The notes beneath the pieces are model-generated. The model made no database searches and was not told the origin of the DNA. It saw only the letters and a list, made by a program, of their open reading frames with translations. A DNA stretch of 64,000 bases, taken from the IMG/VR virus record IMGVR_UViG_3300034178_000025. One strand, 5' to 3'. The stretch is from an uncultured virus (IMG/VR IMGVR_UViG_3300034178_000025) (taxonomy: Duplodnaviria; Heunggongvirae; Uroviricota; Caudoviricetes). The position numbers and the translations under genes are program-made. Below, one piece after another: positions 37,656 through 47,100 of the stretch; positions within the stretch are counted from its first letter, which is position 1; every line of letters starts with the position of its first letter.

Positions 37656-40102
37656 TACTCAAACTCCAATACATTCTTTGTGCCGACAACTGTCACACGT
37701 CGGGCCGTTCCGGACATCGAGCCAAGTGCCATCGGGATCGTGAAGCTCGTCAACAAGAATCTGTTCGGCGTATACAAATCGTCACTCGGCTGCTTGATCT
37801 CTACGATCTGACTGGCGTCCAGCCAGGGCAGGATCAGGGATTCGAAGCTGATCGAGTACTCTTCCAGCGACGAGATCCTCAACATCGTGTCAGCGTACGC
37901 CTGGGCCTGCTCGACCGTAGTAAACAGGTCTGATTCAAACGGCAGTACTCTGTCGCCGATCCTGGATATTCTGGTGGGCGAGCCCTCGACGGTGTTCTTT
38001 GCCTCGGCGAAGATTACCTGGCTCACCGAATTGCCCGTGACCGCTCCGCCCAGTTCGTCGGGTTCTCCGCCAAGGGTTGCGCCGGTTACGAAGATGTGGT
38101 TGAACACTTGTGAGTCATTACTAGACTTGGCATAGTTCACCAGTGAACCGCCAGCATCCTGGGTGAACGACCACGCCAGCGGAGCGGTCGAAGGGTCCGG
38201 ATAAGGCTGCATGGTCAACCTGCCGTCACCCCTAAAGAAGACTTCATAGCCGATCGCGTCAGCTATCTTCTTCATTACCTCCCAGCGCTCCGTGCTCCGC
38301 GTGAAGACTAGGTCCCTTGTGTATGCCTGGCCGGTGGTTGGCATCGCGAACTTGGTAATGCCAGCGTTTGCTGCCAAGGCGATGATGATGTCCTCGACTA
38401 GCGAACCGATCGGAAAGCTCATGGTGTTGGCAATCCGAGACACGATACACTTCTTCGCGTAGTCTCGTCCCGTTACCTTTACCTTGTTCGGGAACCTGTC
38501 CGAGTCGATTCGGTCAATCATGAACTCGCCGAGCTGGGTCTCCCATCTCCGCCACCGATTGGTGGTCTCGTCAAAGTACCTGATACCCCACATGCACTTC
38601 AGGATCTTGTCGTACCAGAATCCGTCGTGTGGATTGTCGTCAAGAGCTTTGTCGGTATTGTCGAGCATGAACTCGCACGTTCGCTTCTCGTCACGCTCGC
38701 GGTCAACCGTGACCGAGCCTTCCAATAGACGCTTGTCCCAGTTCGGAGCGTCGAACGGGGTAACTGCGTCTGCCTCGTAGATCTCTACCCTACGATAGAT
38801 TCTTACGAGGCCGCCCGTCAGCTCCTGGATAATCCTAGCAGGCGGAAACCCAAGAGTTGGAAGGACTGGCTCGAGTCGGTTGACGCTTGGCGGGATGTTG
38901 AAGTTAGTGATTGATAGACTTTCAACTGGAGCGACTAATCCCAGGATAGCCCATCGCAGGTCCAGACTCTTTGTTGTCTGTCCGAAGCTAGTCCACCGCA
39001 AGTCTAGACTTTTAGTAACGCTAGCCAGCACAGACCAGCGTAGATCAGAACTCTTGGTGACCGAAGACAGTACGGCCCATCGGAGATCTGAACTCTTGCT
39101 GATCCTGTTCAATACCTGCCAGCGTAGGTCGAGACTCTTTGGGACCTGTGCAAAGCTAGTCCACCGCAAGTCCAGACTCTTAGTGACAGAAGCCTGCACG
39201 GCCCAGCGCAGGTCTGAACTCTTGGTGACCGTAGACAGTACACTCCACCGCAAGTCTATACTCTTGGTAACCGTACCCCCGACGCCCCACCGCAGATCCA
39301 GACTCTTCGCAACCTGGGCAAAGCTAGTCCAACGCAGGTCCAAACTCTTGGAGATGGCGGCCAGCACCGACCAGCGCAAGTCTAGACTCTTAGTAACTGA
39401 AGCCAGCACCTGCCAGCGCAGATCTGAACTCTTGCTGATCCTGTTCAGTACCTGCCAGCGAAGGTCTGAACTCTTGCTGATCGTGTTCAGGGTTTGCCAA
39501 CGCAGGTCGAGACTCTTGGTTACCGGAGTTGTCCCGATCGTGTTGACGTTGTCAAACTCAGCGAAGTTGTTAGTGCCGTTGTTGCGACCGGACTCGAAGT
39601 ACAACTGCAGATCAGTGGCGGCCGTCAGCCACGCCGGGGCGGCCAGCGTTCTGCGGGTAGTCCAGGTGGTGCCATCCGGCGCCGTCTGGAAGAGGATGTT
39701 CGATCCAGACTTGAGGATCCTCATCCACGCGTGGGTGGTTGCGCTGTAGGTAATCGCAGATGCCGTCGCATCGAAGAAGCTAGTTCTCGAGACGCAGTAG
39801 AAAACTCCACCGACCATGTCGATGTAGAATCCAACGTCTGTTCCCGCCGCCTGTCCGGCGGAGTACAGAAGCATCTCGAGATAGCAGTCGGTGGTAGCGC
39901 TGGCCACTGCAGGTGGATACAGCTTTGCGTAGACGTCGTTCCAGGTGTACGTGGTCGCAGTGGCCCACCCGTTAGAGCCAGTATTGCACGTTACTCGGGC
40001 GCGCCCTCCTGTCTCACTGACCGTGCCGTAGTTGTTCGGCCAGATTCCAGTGTTAATACTGTTATCGTCAAAGTTGTCAACGATAGTACTAGTGTTAGCC
40101 AC
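37655..40102 (-). CDS. minor tail protein: lectin-like N-domain, 14x14-aa repeats, hub-like C-domain
   Basis: 815 aa; KS(L/S/I)DLRW repeats; C-terminal GSVTVDR..RT, LGEFMI, VTGRDY. Confidence 0.8.
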   Translation of the reverse strand: MANTSTIVDNFDDNSINTGIWPNNYGTVSETGGRARVTCNTGSNGWATATTYTWNDVYAKLYPPAVASATTDCYLEMLLYSAGQAAGTDVGFYIDMVGGVFYCVSRTSFFDATASAITYSATTHAWMRILKSGSNILFQTAPDGTTWTTRRTLAAPAWLTAATDLQLYFESGRNNGTNNFAEFDNVNTIGTTPVTKSLDLRWQTLNTISKSSDLRWQVLNRISKSSDLRWQVLASVTKSLDLRWSVLAAISKSLDLRWTSFAQVAKSLDLRWGVGGTVTKSIDLRWSVLSTVTKSSDLRWAVQASVTKSLDLRWTSFAQVPKSLDLRWQVLNRISKSSDLRWAVLSSVTKSSDLRWSVLASVTKSLDLRWTSFGQTTKSLDLRWAILGLVAPVESLSITNFNIPPSVNRLEPVLPTLGFPPARIIQELTGGLVRIYRRVEIYEADAVTPFDAPNWDKRLLEGSVTVDRERDEKRTCEFMLDNTDKALDDNPHDGFWYDKILKCMWGIRYFDETTNRWRRWETQLGEFMIDRIDSDRFPNKVKVTGRDYAKKCIVSRIANTMSFPIGSLVEDIIIALAANAGITKFAMPTTGQAYTRDLVFTRSTERWEVMKKIADAIGYEVFFRGDGRLTMQPYPDPSTAPLAWSFTQDAGGSLVNYAKSSNDSQVFNHIFVTGATLGGEPDELGGAVTGNSVSQVIFAEAKNTVEGSPTRISRIGDRVLPFESDLFTTVEQAQAYADTMLRISSLEEYSISFESLILPWLDASQIVEIKQPSDDLYTPNRFLLTSFTIPMALGSMSGTARRVTVVGTKNVLEFE
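38936..39523 (-). repeat. 14 tandem 42-bp coding repeats (xxKS[LSI]DLRWxxxxx)
   Basis: Counted in the translation; synonymous codon variation between units. Confidence 0.92.
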
Positions 40103-40117
40103 TGCGTCCCACTCTCG

Positions 40118-40645
40118 TTATGGCAGGGTGTCGCCAGTGAACCCGAGGATCACACCGTCGGGGTTCAGGGCGCCTGCGCCTGCTGTAACGATCCGCTTGA
40201 CCCAGATCGCCTTGACCGACCCGGCCGCGATATCGCCAATCGTCAGTGGACCAGCTCCGAAGGTACCGACGCCGGATGGCGCAGTCGTTTCGTTAGCGAC
40301 CACTGCTGCCTGCGCGGAGCCGGACCCCTTTGCCGACACGGCGATGTTGTCCAGGGCGATGGTGATGTCACCGCCGCCTGATGTCTGACTCGAGATCGTG
40401 ACCGCTGCTGCCTGGTACGTAAGGGTTGCGTGGTTGTTGTGGATGAAGAAGCATCGGTACTCGGTCGAGCCAGCAGCTGCTTCGGCGCCGCTCACGTTGT
40501 CGAACAAGTTGTTCAGAGTTGCGTCCGTGAGTTGCGTGGTACTGATCTGGTCACCGAGGCTGGTAGCTGCCGTGCCTGCGGTAGTGTCACCGGCCGCAGC
40601 ACTGACACTGAACTTGAGCAGGATATCGCTTCCGGCGATTGCCAT
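40118..40645 (-). CDS. virion structural / minor tail protein
   Basis: GGGAG RBS; NNLFDNVS..E...G.TEYRC motif; tail context. Confidence 0.75.
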   Translation of the reverse strand: MAIAGSDILLKFSVSAAAGDTTAGTAATSLGDQISTTQLTDATLNNLFDNVSGAEAAAGSTEYRCFFIHNNHATLTYQAAAVTISSQTSGGGDITIALDNIAVSAKGSGSAQAAVVANETTAPSGVGTFGAGPLTIGDIAAGSVKAIWVKRIVTAGAGALNPDGVILGFTGDTLP

Positions 40646-40654
40646 TACTACTCC

Positions 40655-43600
40655 CTAGATGGTAGCGCTGCGAGTGGTGAGTTCTTCGTCAATGATCTGA
40701 AGATAAGGAACGGTGATGTCAACGAAGTCAGCGTGACCACCAAATCCTGCAATACGAGATGATTGGATATTTCCGAGGGCAATCAAGATCACATCACCAA
40801 ATGGTGTCTTGATGTAAACACTGTTGTACTGTGCGGAGATGAGCTCGAAGAACTCTCGATCCCTGCGGGCGGTGGCTGGGTTGCGCTGCTTGATGGTCAA
40901 CGTTCCAGAGTACCCAAGATCGTCACCCACCTGCACCTGGCGGCCACGGCCAACCACGTGCAGAGTCTCCTGCTCGATCTCCCTGGAGAAGTTGTCACCC
41001 GTCACGCTAGCTGCCTGGAAACTTACGATGCCACCCAGCAGAACCTGAGGTACGAAGTAGTACCGATCAGCCGACATCGTGACTGTCTGGAAGGTAGTAA
41101 TGTCAGACTCGATCAGTGATCCGAATCGGTCAGCCAGCTGGACCACCACGTAGTCGACAGGTATGTTGAGTGGCACGAGATAGTCATCGAAGCTGTAATT
41201 CGTAAGACTCTCGCCCGTCTCGAACATAAGGTACCACGTGTTGGCTGTGTTGTCAATATCGAACGCAGCGATAGATGTCTTCATGTACCTACGGTACACT
41301 CGGTAACCGACCCAGTCGGAGTCCTGTGCAGCGTTGGTCCAGGAAACATTCACCTTGAACTCGTTCGGTATGGTGACCGTCAGCCCAGATCCAAGCGCCG
41401 GACCTGACCAGTTAGTAGTAAAGTACTCAGTCGTCTCAGTGATCAGCCCGCCGGTATCCTGCACCTGGACAGTGACACCGTACGCGCCGCCGTCTTCGAG
41501 AACCTGCGAGGGTGGAGTGTAAGCGACCGCACTACCCTCCTGCCAGTAGCTATCCAGCAGGGTAGTGGTAGCAGAAACGGACGGCAGATGCAGCGACACC
41601 TGGTCGACGTAGGCTGTGTCAGTTCCAGCGGGCGTACTGGTTACTCCCGCCACTAGGGCACAGGTAACTGCACCAACGGGAGCCACGGCAGTGAGTGTCA
41701 AATACTGCCAGGTGCCCGCCAATGCTGCAACTGTAGTGGTCGAGGCAGAGATGAACACGGCGCTCGCATCATACCAGTTGATGCCGATCAGCGCTGGCTT
41801 GTTCGCGGTGGTCGGACGAACCCACCCCTCGACAGTACGCGATTCACCAGGGTTTACTGCCGGCCTGTTACCTACTGCAGACACGACACTAGGAGTAACT
41901 CCAGAACCGTTCGGCGTAATGAATCCCGAGAATCCACCACGCTTGAACTGTGTACTGGACTGCACTGCCGTGCCGTCCACCTGGTCCCAGCCGGTCATGC
42001 CGGACTCGAAGGATGCGTTAGTCAGCAGGTTAGGTGTCGTGTTGTCGTAAACCGATACACGATAGGCCTTCTGCGTACGCAGTCCGAATCCAGTAAACGT
42101 CCAGGTAAAGGTGGGCAAGGCAGTATCGACAACTGTCACACCGTCTGGGTAGATGATGTCGAGAGTTGCCTTGTTTCCGATCGTGAACTGAACAGGCGTT
42201 GATGCAAGTCCAGCGACTCCGTCAGCATCCTTCAGCTGGACCGACCAGTCCAACGGCACATCCACGATGCCGAGAGTTACGGCATCAATGGTGACTGCTA
42301 CAGTGTTCGCACTCGAGCTGACGTATCCCGTCGAGACGATGTTGGTCACTGTATCCAGGCGACGCACGATGAGGCTGTACGCCGTCTGTGTATCGGTCGG
42401 CTCCGTGTCGCTACGCGCCCAGGTGAACGTGTAGCTGTTGGCCGAAGTGAACGCTACCACACTTGCGGGAGTCGGAGTAATCGGAGTCGCAGACGGAGGG
42501 TGACTCACAGTGAAGGTAGTGGTTGTCGACCAGGCGCCCGGCGAGTCCTTGTCGGAAACGACACGTGCCCGCCAATACCAGACGCCCTGCGTCAAGGCCT
42601 GACTAGCGTCCTGGGTAGCGATGGCTACCTGCTTGCTGCCGCCAGTGAGTCCATCCTGACTTCCGAAGTACTGGAAGTCGCTATCGGGCTGGATGATCGT
42701 CTTGAGGCTCGTAGTGAAGATGCTATTGGTAGCTACGTTAACTTCAATCTTGCCATACAAGTTTGGTTGAAGGTTAACGTTATCTACCCTGACGCGGTAG
42801 GTCGGTCGACTGGTTGGTTCGACGTAGTACGGAGTCAACAGCGTCGGTGCGTCGAAAGTATCTTCCGAAACGAACCTAAGTCTCCGCGGGATTGTGGTCG
42901 AGACTGTGTTACCAGCCGGACCATATAGCCCAACGAAGTTGTAGTATTTCAGACTTGCCTGGGTCCTCCTGTTGTCGCCACCGTAGACGGCTATCGGTCC
43001 ACCGTCACCGTAAAAGGCGCTGTCTAGCGGCCTAGGGATGGCGTCAATGGTCGGCTTGGCGGACGTCGTACCGACCGCCGCCCAGCTCATGCTGACCTCT
43101 CGATACATTCTCGGGGCATCGCCAGCACCAACACCTGCAAATCCGAACAGCAGCCGGTTGTCCTTGTAGGATGCACTCCAGTAGGTTCGAGCATTCGCCG
43201 ATGGATCTATCTTGAAGTAGTTGGACAACGAGATGGTAGACACGTACCCGGCCGTAGAAACAACGGGGGCAGTGTAGACTCCTGTCGCCAACTTGGTAGC
43301 AAAGAACTTTGGTACCCCTGCACCGATGACCCCGGCTACCAAGTACAGGGTGGTATTGAGAGTGAACAGCATTGCTCGACGAGTACCAGCCGCCTGGTCC
43401 TTGTTGAACTCCGTCGCCCATGTTCCCACATTAGTTGCAGAATCGGTTGTCCCCGTAGAGACGTTGTAGCTGTACTCCCGAAGGAGATCGCCAACGTCTA
43501 CCGTACTATAGACCCGGGTGCCATACAGCAGGAGTCGACCGACGTTTGAGACAATCCCATCTCCACGCCAGACTACCGATACGTCTTCGCTTGAAGTTCG

Positions 43601-44185
43601 GATAAAGCCACCGGTGTTCAGGTTCTCGAAGCTAAGAGCACGAACCCACGAGGCTGAGTTATTTCTGACATAGACTCGCAGGAATGCTCCACTTCCAGAA
43701 GTTGCCTGCGCTTCGTAAACGGCAACCGCGACACTACTGTTTCCAGTAACATCGATGTCGACTGAACGGAACCGGTCGGCGATTGCTCCCGATGCGACCA
43801 CCGTCTCGGTGGCAGAGAAGGTAACGGTACCTGCACTGTATGTCCACTTCGTGACATACAGTGCATTGTCCACTCCCTGCCAGGCGACCCAGATCGAGTT
43901 GTCTGCACCGAGGGTCATACTGGCTCTGGCCGCTCGCGTGGACGAGGCGGGCGCAACGGCAGGCGTAAGTGACGTAGCCAAGGTGAACGCCGTACGACTC
44001 ACGTCATTCGAGACATACAGGTGAATCTTGGCTACGCCAGTTACATCCGTACCAGACGAAGATGCAAGGTTCGTGTCGATCGCAAGTGATACGGTGCGTC
44101 CGTCCGACAGTGTTGCGATGCCACGCTTGATGACCGGCGCGAACTGGGCAGTCGTGCCCATCTGCCTTAGTTGCGTACCTGCCAT
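40655..44185 (-). CDS. large minor tail protein with FN3-like and CBM4/9-like domains
   Basis: ATG 44185 with AAGGA RBS; WYWRARV; NLLTNASFESGMTGW; follows the tape measure. Confidence 0.8.
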   Translation of the reverse strand: MAGTQLRQMGTTAQFAPVIKRGIATLSDGRTVSLAIDTNLASSSGTDVTGVAKIHLYVSNDVSRTAFTLATSLTPAVAPASSTRAARASMTLGADNSIWVAWQGVDNALYVTKWTYSAGTVTFSATETVVASGAIADRFRSVDIDVTGNSSVAVAVYEAQATSGSGAFLRVYVRNNSASWVRALSFENLNTGGFIRTSSEDVSVVWRGDGIVSNVGRLLLYGTRVYSTVDVGDLLREYSYNVSTGTTDSATNVGTWATEFNKDQAAGTRRAMLFTLNTTLYLVAGVIGAGVPKFFATKLATGVYTAPVVSTAGYVSTISLSNYFKIDPSANARTYWSASYKDNRLLFGFAGVGAGDAPRMYREVSMSWAAVGTTSAKPTIDAIPRPLDSAFYGDGGPIAVYGGDNRRTQASLKYYNFVGLYGPAGNTVSTTIPRRLRFVSEDTFDAPTLLTPYYVEPTSRPTYRVRVDNVNLQPNLYGKIEVNVATNSIFTTSLKTIIQPDSDFQYFGSQDGLTGGSKQVAIATQDASQALTQGVWYWRARVVSDKDSPGAWSTTTTFTVSHPPSATPITPTPASVVAFTSANSYTFTWARSDTEPTDTQTAYSLIVRRLDTVTNIVSTGYVSSSANTVAVTIDAVTLGIVDVPLDWSVQLKDADGVAGLASTPVQFTIGNKATLDIIYPDGVTVVDTALPTFTWTFTGFGLRTQKAYRVSVYDNTTPNLLTNASFESGMTGWDQVDGTAVQSSTQFKRGGFSGFITPNGSGVTPSVVSAVGNRPAVNPGESRTVEGWVRPTTANKPALIGINWYDASAVFISASTTTVAALAGTWQYLTLTAVAPVGAVTCALVAGVTSTPAGTDTAYVDQVSLHLPSVSATTTLLDSYWQEGSAVAYTPPSQVLEDGGAYGVTVQVQDTGGLITETTEYFTTNWSGPALGSGLTVTIPNEFKVNVSWTNAAQDSDWVGYRVYRRYMKTSIAAFDIDNTANTWYLMFETGESLTNYSFDDYLVPLNIPVDYVVVQLADRFGSLIESDITTFQTVTMSADRYYFVPQVLLGGIVSFQAASVTGDNFSREIEQETLHVVGRGRQVQVGDDLGYSGTLTIKQRNPATARRDREFFELISAQYNSVYIKTPFGDVILIALGNIQSSRIAGFGGHADFVDITVPYLQIIDEELTTRSATI

Positions 44186-44189
44186 GTCC

Positions 44190-47100
44190 TTATCCCCTGA
44201 CCATTGCTTCGAGGTTGAGCAGGAACTCTTCCGCGTCCCCGCCGTCACTGATGTTCGGGAACTCGAGATCCCCGTAGAAGTTGTAGGTGCTTCCACCCGC
44301 CGACGAGTTGGTGTTGTATCCTGCGGCGCGGTTCTGGTTCATGATCGAACCGTTAGTCTGGGTAGCCAGCATGCTATCTAGCCGCTTGCTGGCTGCCATC
44401 GTGTCAGTGATCTGGTTTGACACGCCAGCCAACCAACCCTCAACACCACCCCAGTTCCGTCGGAGGCCAGTGCCGAGGCCATCCATGATGGCACCGCCTT
44501 CAGGAACTAGCAGTACCTTGTCCTTCTCGATTGGACCCTTGAGGTCCTTGATCTTCTGGCCGAGGCCCGACAGGAACGTCTTCGTGCTCTCCCATGCCGC
44601 CTTCAATCCGTCCAGCAGGGAATTCATGATAGACTTGCCGATCCCTGTTAGCAGGCTTGTCACGCTGCCGATCGCAGACTTGATACGACCAGCCATGCCG
44701 CCCAGCCAGTCCTTTGCGGATTCCCACTTGCTAGTGAATCCATCCTTCAGGGACTGCATTGCATCTTTCGCCTTGCTGCCGAATGCGCTGACGATGGCTG
44801 CAATCTTTCCAACCGCCTCTGCCGGACGATTGATCAACCAGTCGGTTACGACCCTCCAGCCCGCTACGGCAGCATCCTTGAATGCTGTCATTGCCGACTT
44901 CGCACGATCGGTGAACTTGCCTGCCAGGCTAGTCAATGCGTTCCAGACCTTACCCGGAAGACTTGCAATCCAGGCGATAATCGCATTCACCAGATCGGGG
45001 ATGATACTGTGGCCGACCAGCTCGTCATACAGTTGCGTGAAGAATCCAATGAAGCCTGATACGAATCCGCTAATCAATCCCCAGATTGCTTTGACGGAGT
45101 TAGACAGGATTCCCCAGATGGCATCCCAAATGCCACCGAAGATATCCTTGATGCCCTTCCAGGCCATACCCCAGTCGCCACTGAATACTCCAGTGATGAA
45201 CTCAACCAGGCCACGAATTACCTTGACGAGTCCAGCGATCAGTGCTCCGATACCCTCGATGACTGGACCAATGACGCCGGTGAACGCACGCAGCAGACCC
45301 TTGACGATGGCCGCAATCAGAGCGATAACAACCAGCAAGATCGGCTTCGTGAAGTTAAACGTCTTGCCAATTAGTTCACCGATCGGTCCAACCAGATCTC
45401 TGAACTTGGCAAGTTCTGGCTGAATATCCTTGAACGCCTTCTGCAGGCTAGCCCAAGCTTCTTTGCCTAGGCTGACAACCTCTGGACCAATGTACTTCCA
45501 GATGTATTTGCCAACCGTCTCGACGACCGAGCCGATCTCCTTCAGGGTGCTCAGCCACGTTCCCGCGCCCTTGAACAGATCCATCTTGCCAAGTGCATTA
45601 CCTACTGTAGTTCCGAACGCGCTAAATGCCGGACCAATGTTGGTCTTAACCCATCCCCAAGCAGTGTTCCAACCCTTCTTGATCGGATCCAAGAAGTTGA
45701 AGATGCCGAACATGTTCTTTGTTTTGTCGGCCATCTCCTTCGTAAAGTCATCGATCATTTTGGACTGGTCAGCCAGTCCACCCTCGCGACCGATCTGCGC
45801 AAAGCCACCAGGATCGCCGAAGTTACCACCAGCACCAGCCTTGAAGTTCTCCGCACCCGGCGTCAGGGACCCGCCGCTCTTCTTTCGTCCTAGTGTATCG
45901 GCTGCCGATCCGGCATCCTTCAGTGCCTGTTCGATGTCACGAATCCGTGACTCATATTTATCGTACTGGTCCTGAAGTTTCTGTAGCCCCTTCGACTCGG
46001 CGTCGTATCTGGCCTGCACTGCATCTCGCTGTGCCGTGTACTGGTCAACGATTCCCTGCTGCTTGTCAGCAGCAGCCTTCGCCTGATCGTATGCAGTCGT
46101 GAGGCGATCGACCTCCGCCTTGTTTGCTGTAATCCCGGCAATGATCTGATCGAACGGCAACTCTTGCATAGAGTTGGCGACGTCATCAATCTGTCGCTTC
46201 AGTGGGTCAAACTGAAGCGAGTTCTGTAGATCGAGTTCATCTGCCTTCCGGCCGAGTTCATCGATCTGGTTATTCAAATTCTGTAGCGGTGCTACCTGAG
46301 CCTGGATGGCTTGCTGCTGATCTTCGAGTGCTTTGATCTGCTGATCGTACTGTCCGAGGATCTCGCTACCCGCGCCCGCATTACGCAGTTCAGTTTGCTT
46401 TCCTCTGAGCATTTCGATCTGACCATTGATCGCTTGGATTCGAGACTGAATGTCACCCAGCGGACCAACGGCGTCTTCCATCTGCATCATCTCGAGACGC
46501 AGTTGCTTCTGCTGCATCTCGTTCTCGAAGATGGCATCAGACATTGCCTTCATGCCCTTGATGGGGGCGTTGGCAAAGCCGTCCAACTTCGCCTGCGCAG
46601 CCTGCAGTTGATTCTGATAGTTGTCAGTTACCTTTGACAGGCCATCCAGAATCTTCTGCTGAGCATCAAGTGCATCATTGGCTGCGTCTAGCTTGTCCTT
46701 CCATGTTGAGACCACCGCAACCTGTGCGTCCAGCGCAGGCTTCATGCTCAGTAAATTGTTCTTCAGCGTCGGCAGGATCCTTACGAGCCTGTCGTAACTA
46801 GCCAGCGCACCCGGGTCGATTGCCTTAATCTGCTTACGCATGTCTGCGTAGTCGGAGGCGTTCGCCTTTGCCTGCAGGCTGGCAAGTACCTTACCAAAAC
46901 GCTGCATGTCGTTGTATGCAGACTTGAAGACGTTACCAAAGTTCTTCGCTCGATTGAACGCCTTCTCTACCGCAGCCATACCCGTGGTAACATTCTCCAC
47001 TAGTGAAGGCGAGTGGTGCGCCCAGGGGTTCAGGTAGCTGAACAACCTGTAGACAGCCATCACTGCCTGGTAGACAATATTAACCACGGCCGTCAGGGCG

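Noticed and set aside
38936..39523. 42-bp periodic repeats as a CRISPR array
   Set aside because: In-frame coding repeats with synonymous variation and no unique spacers
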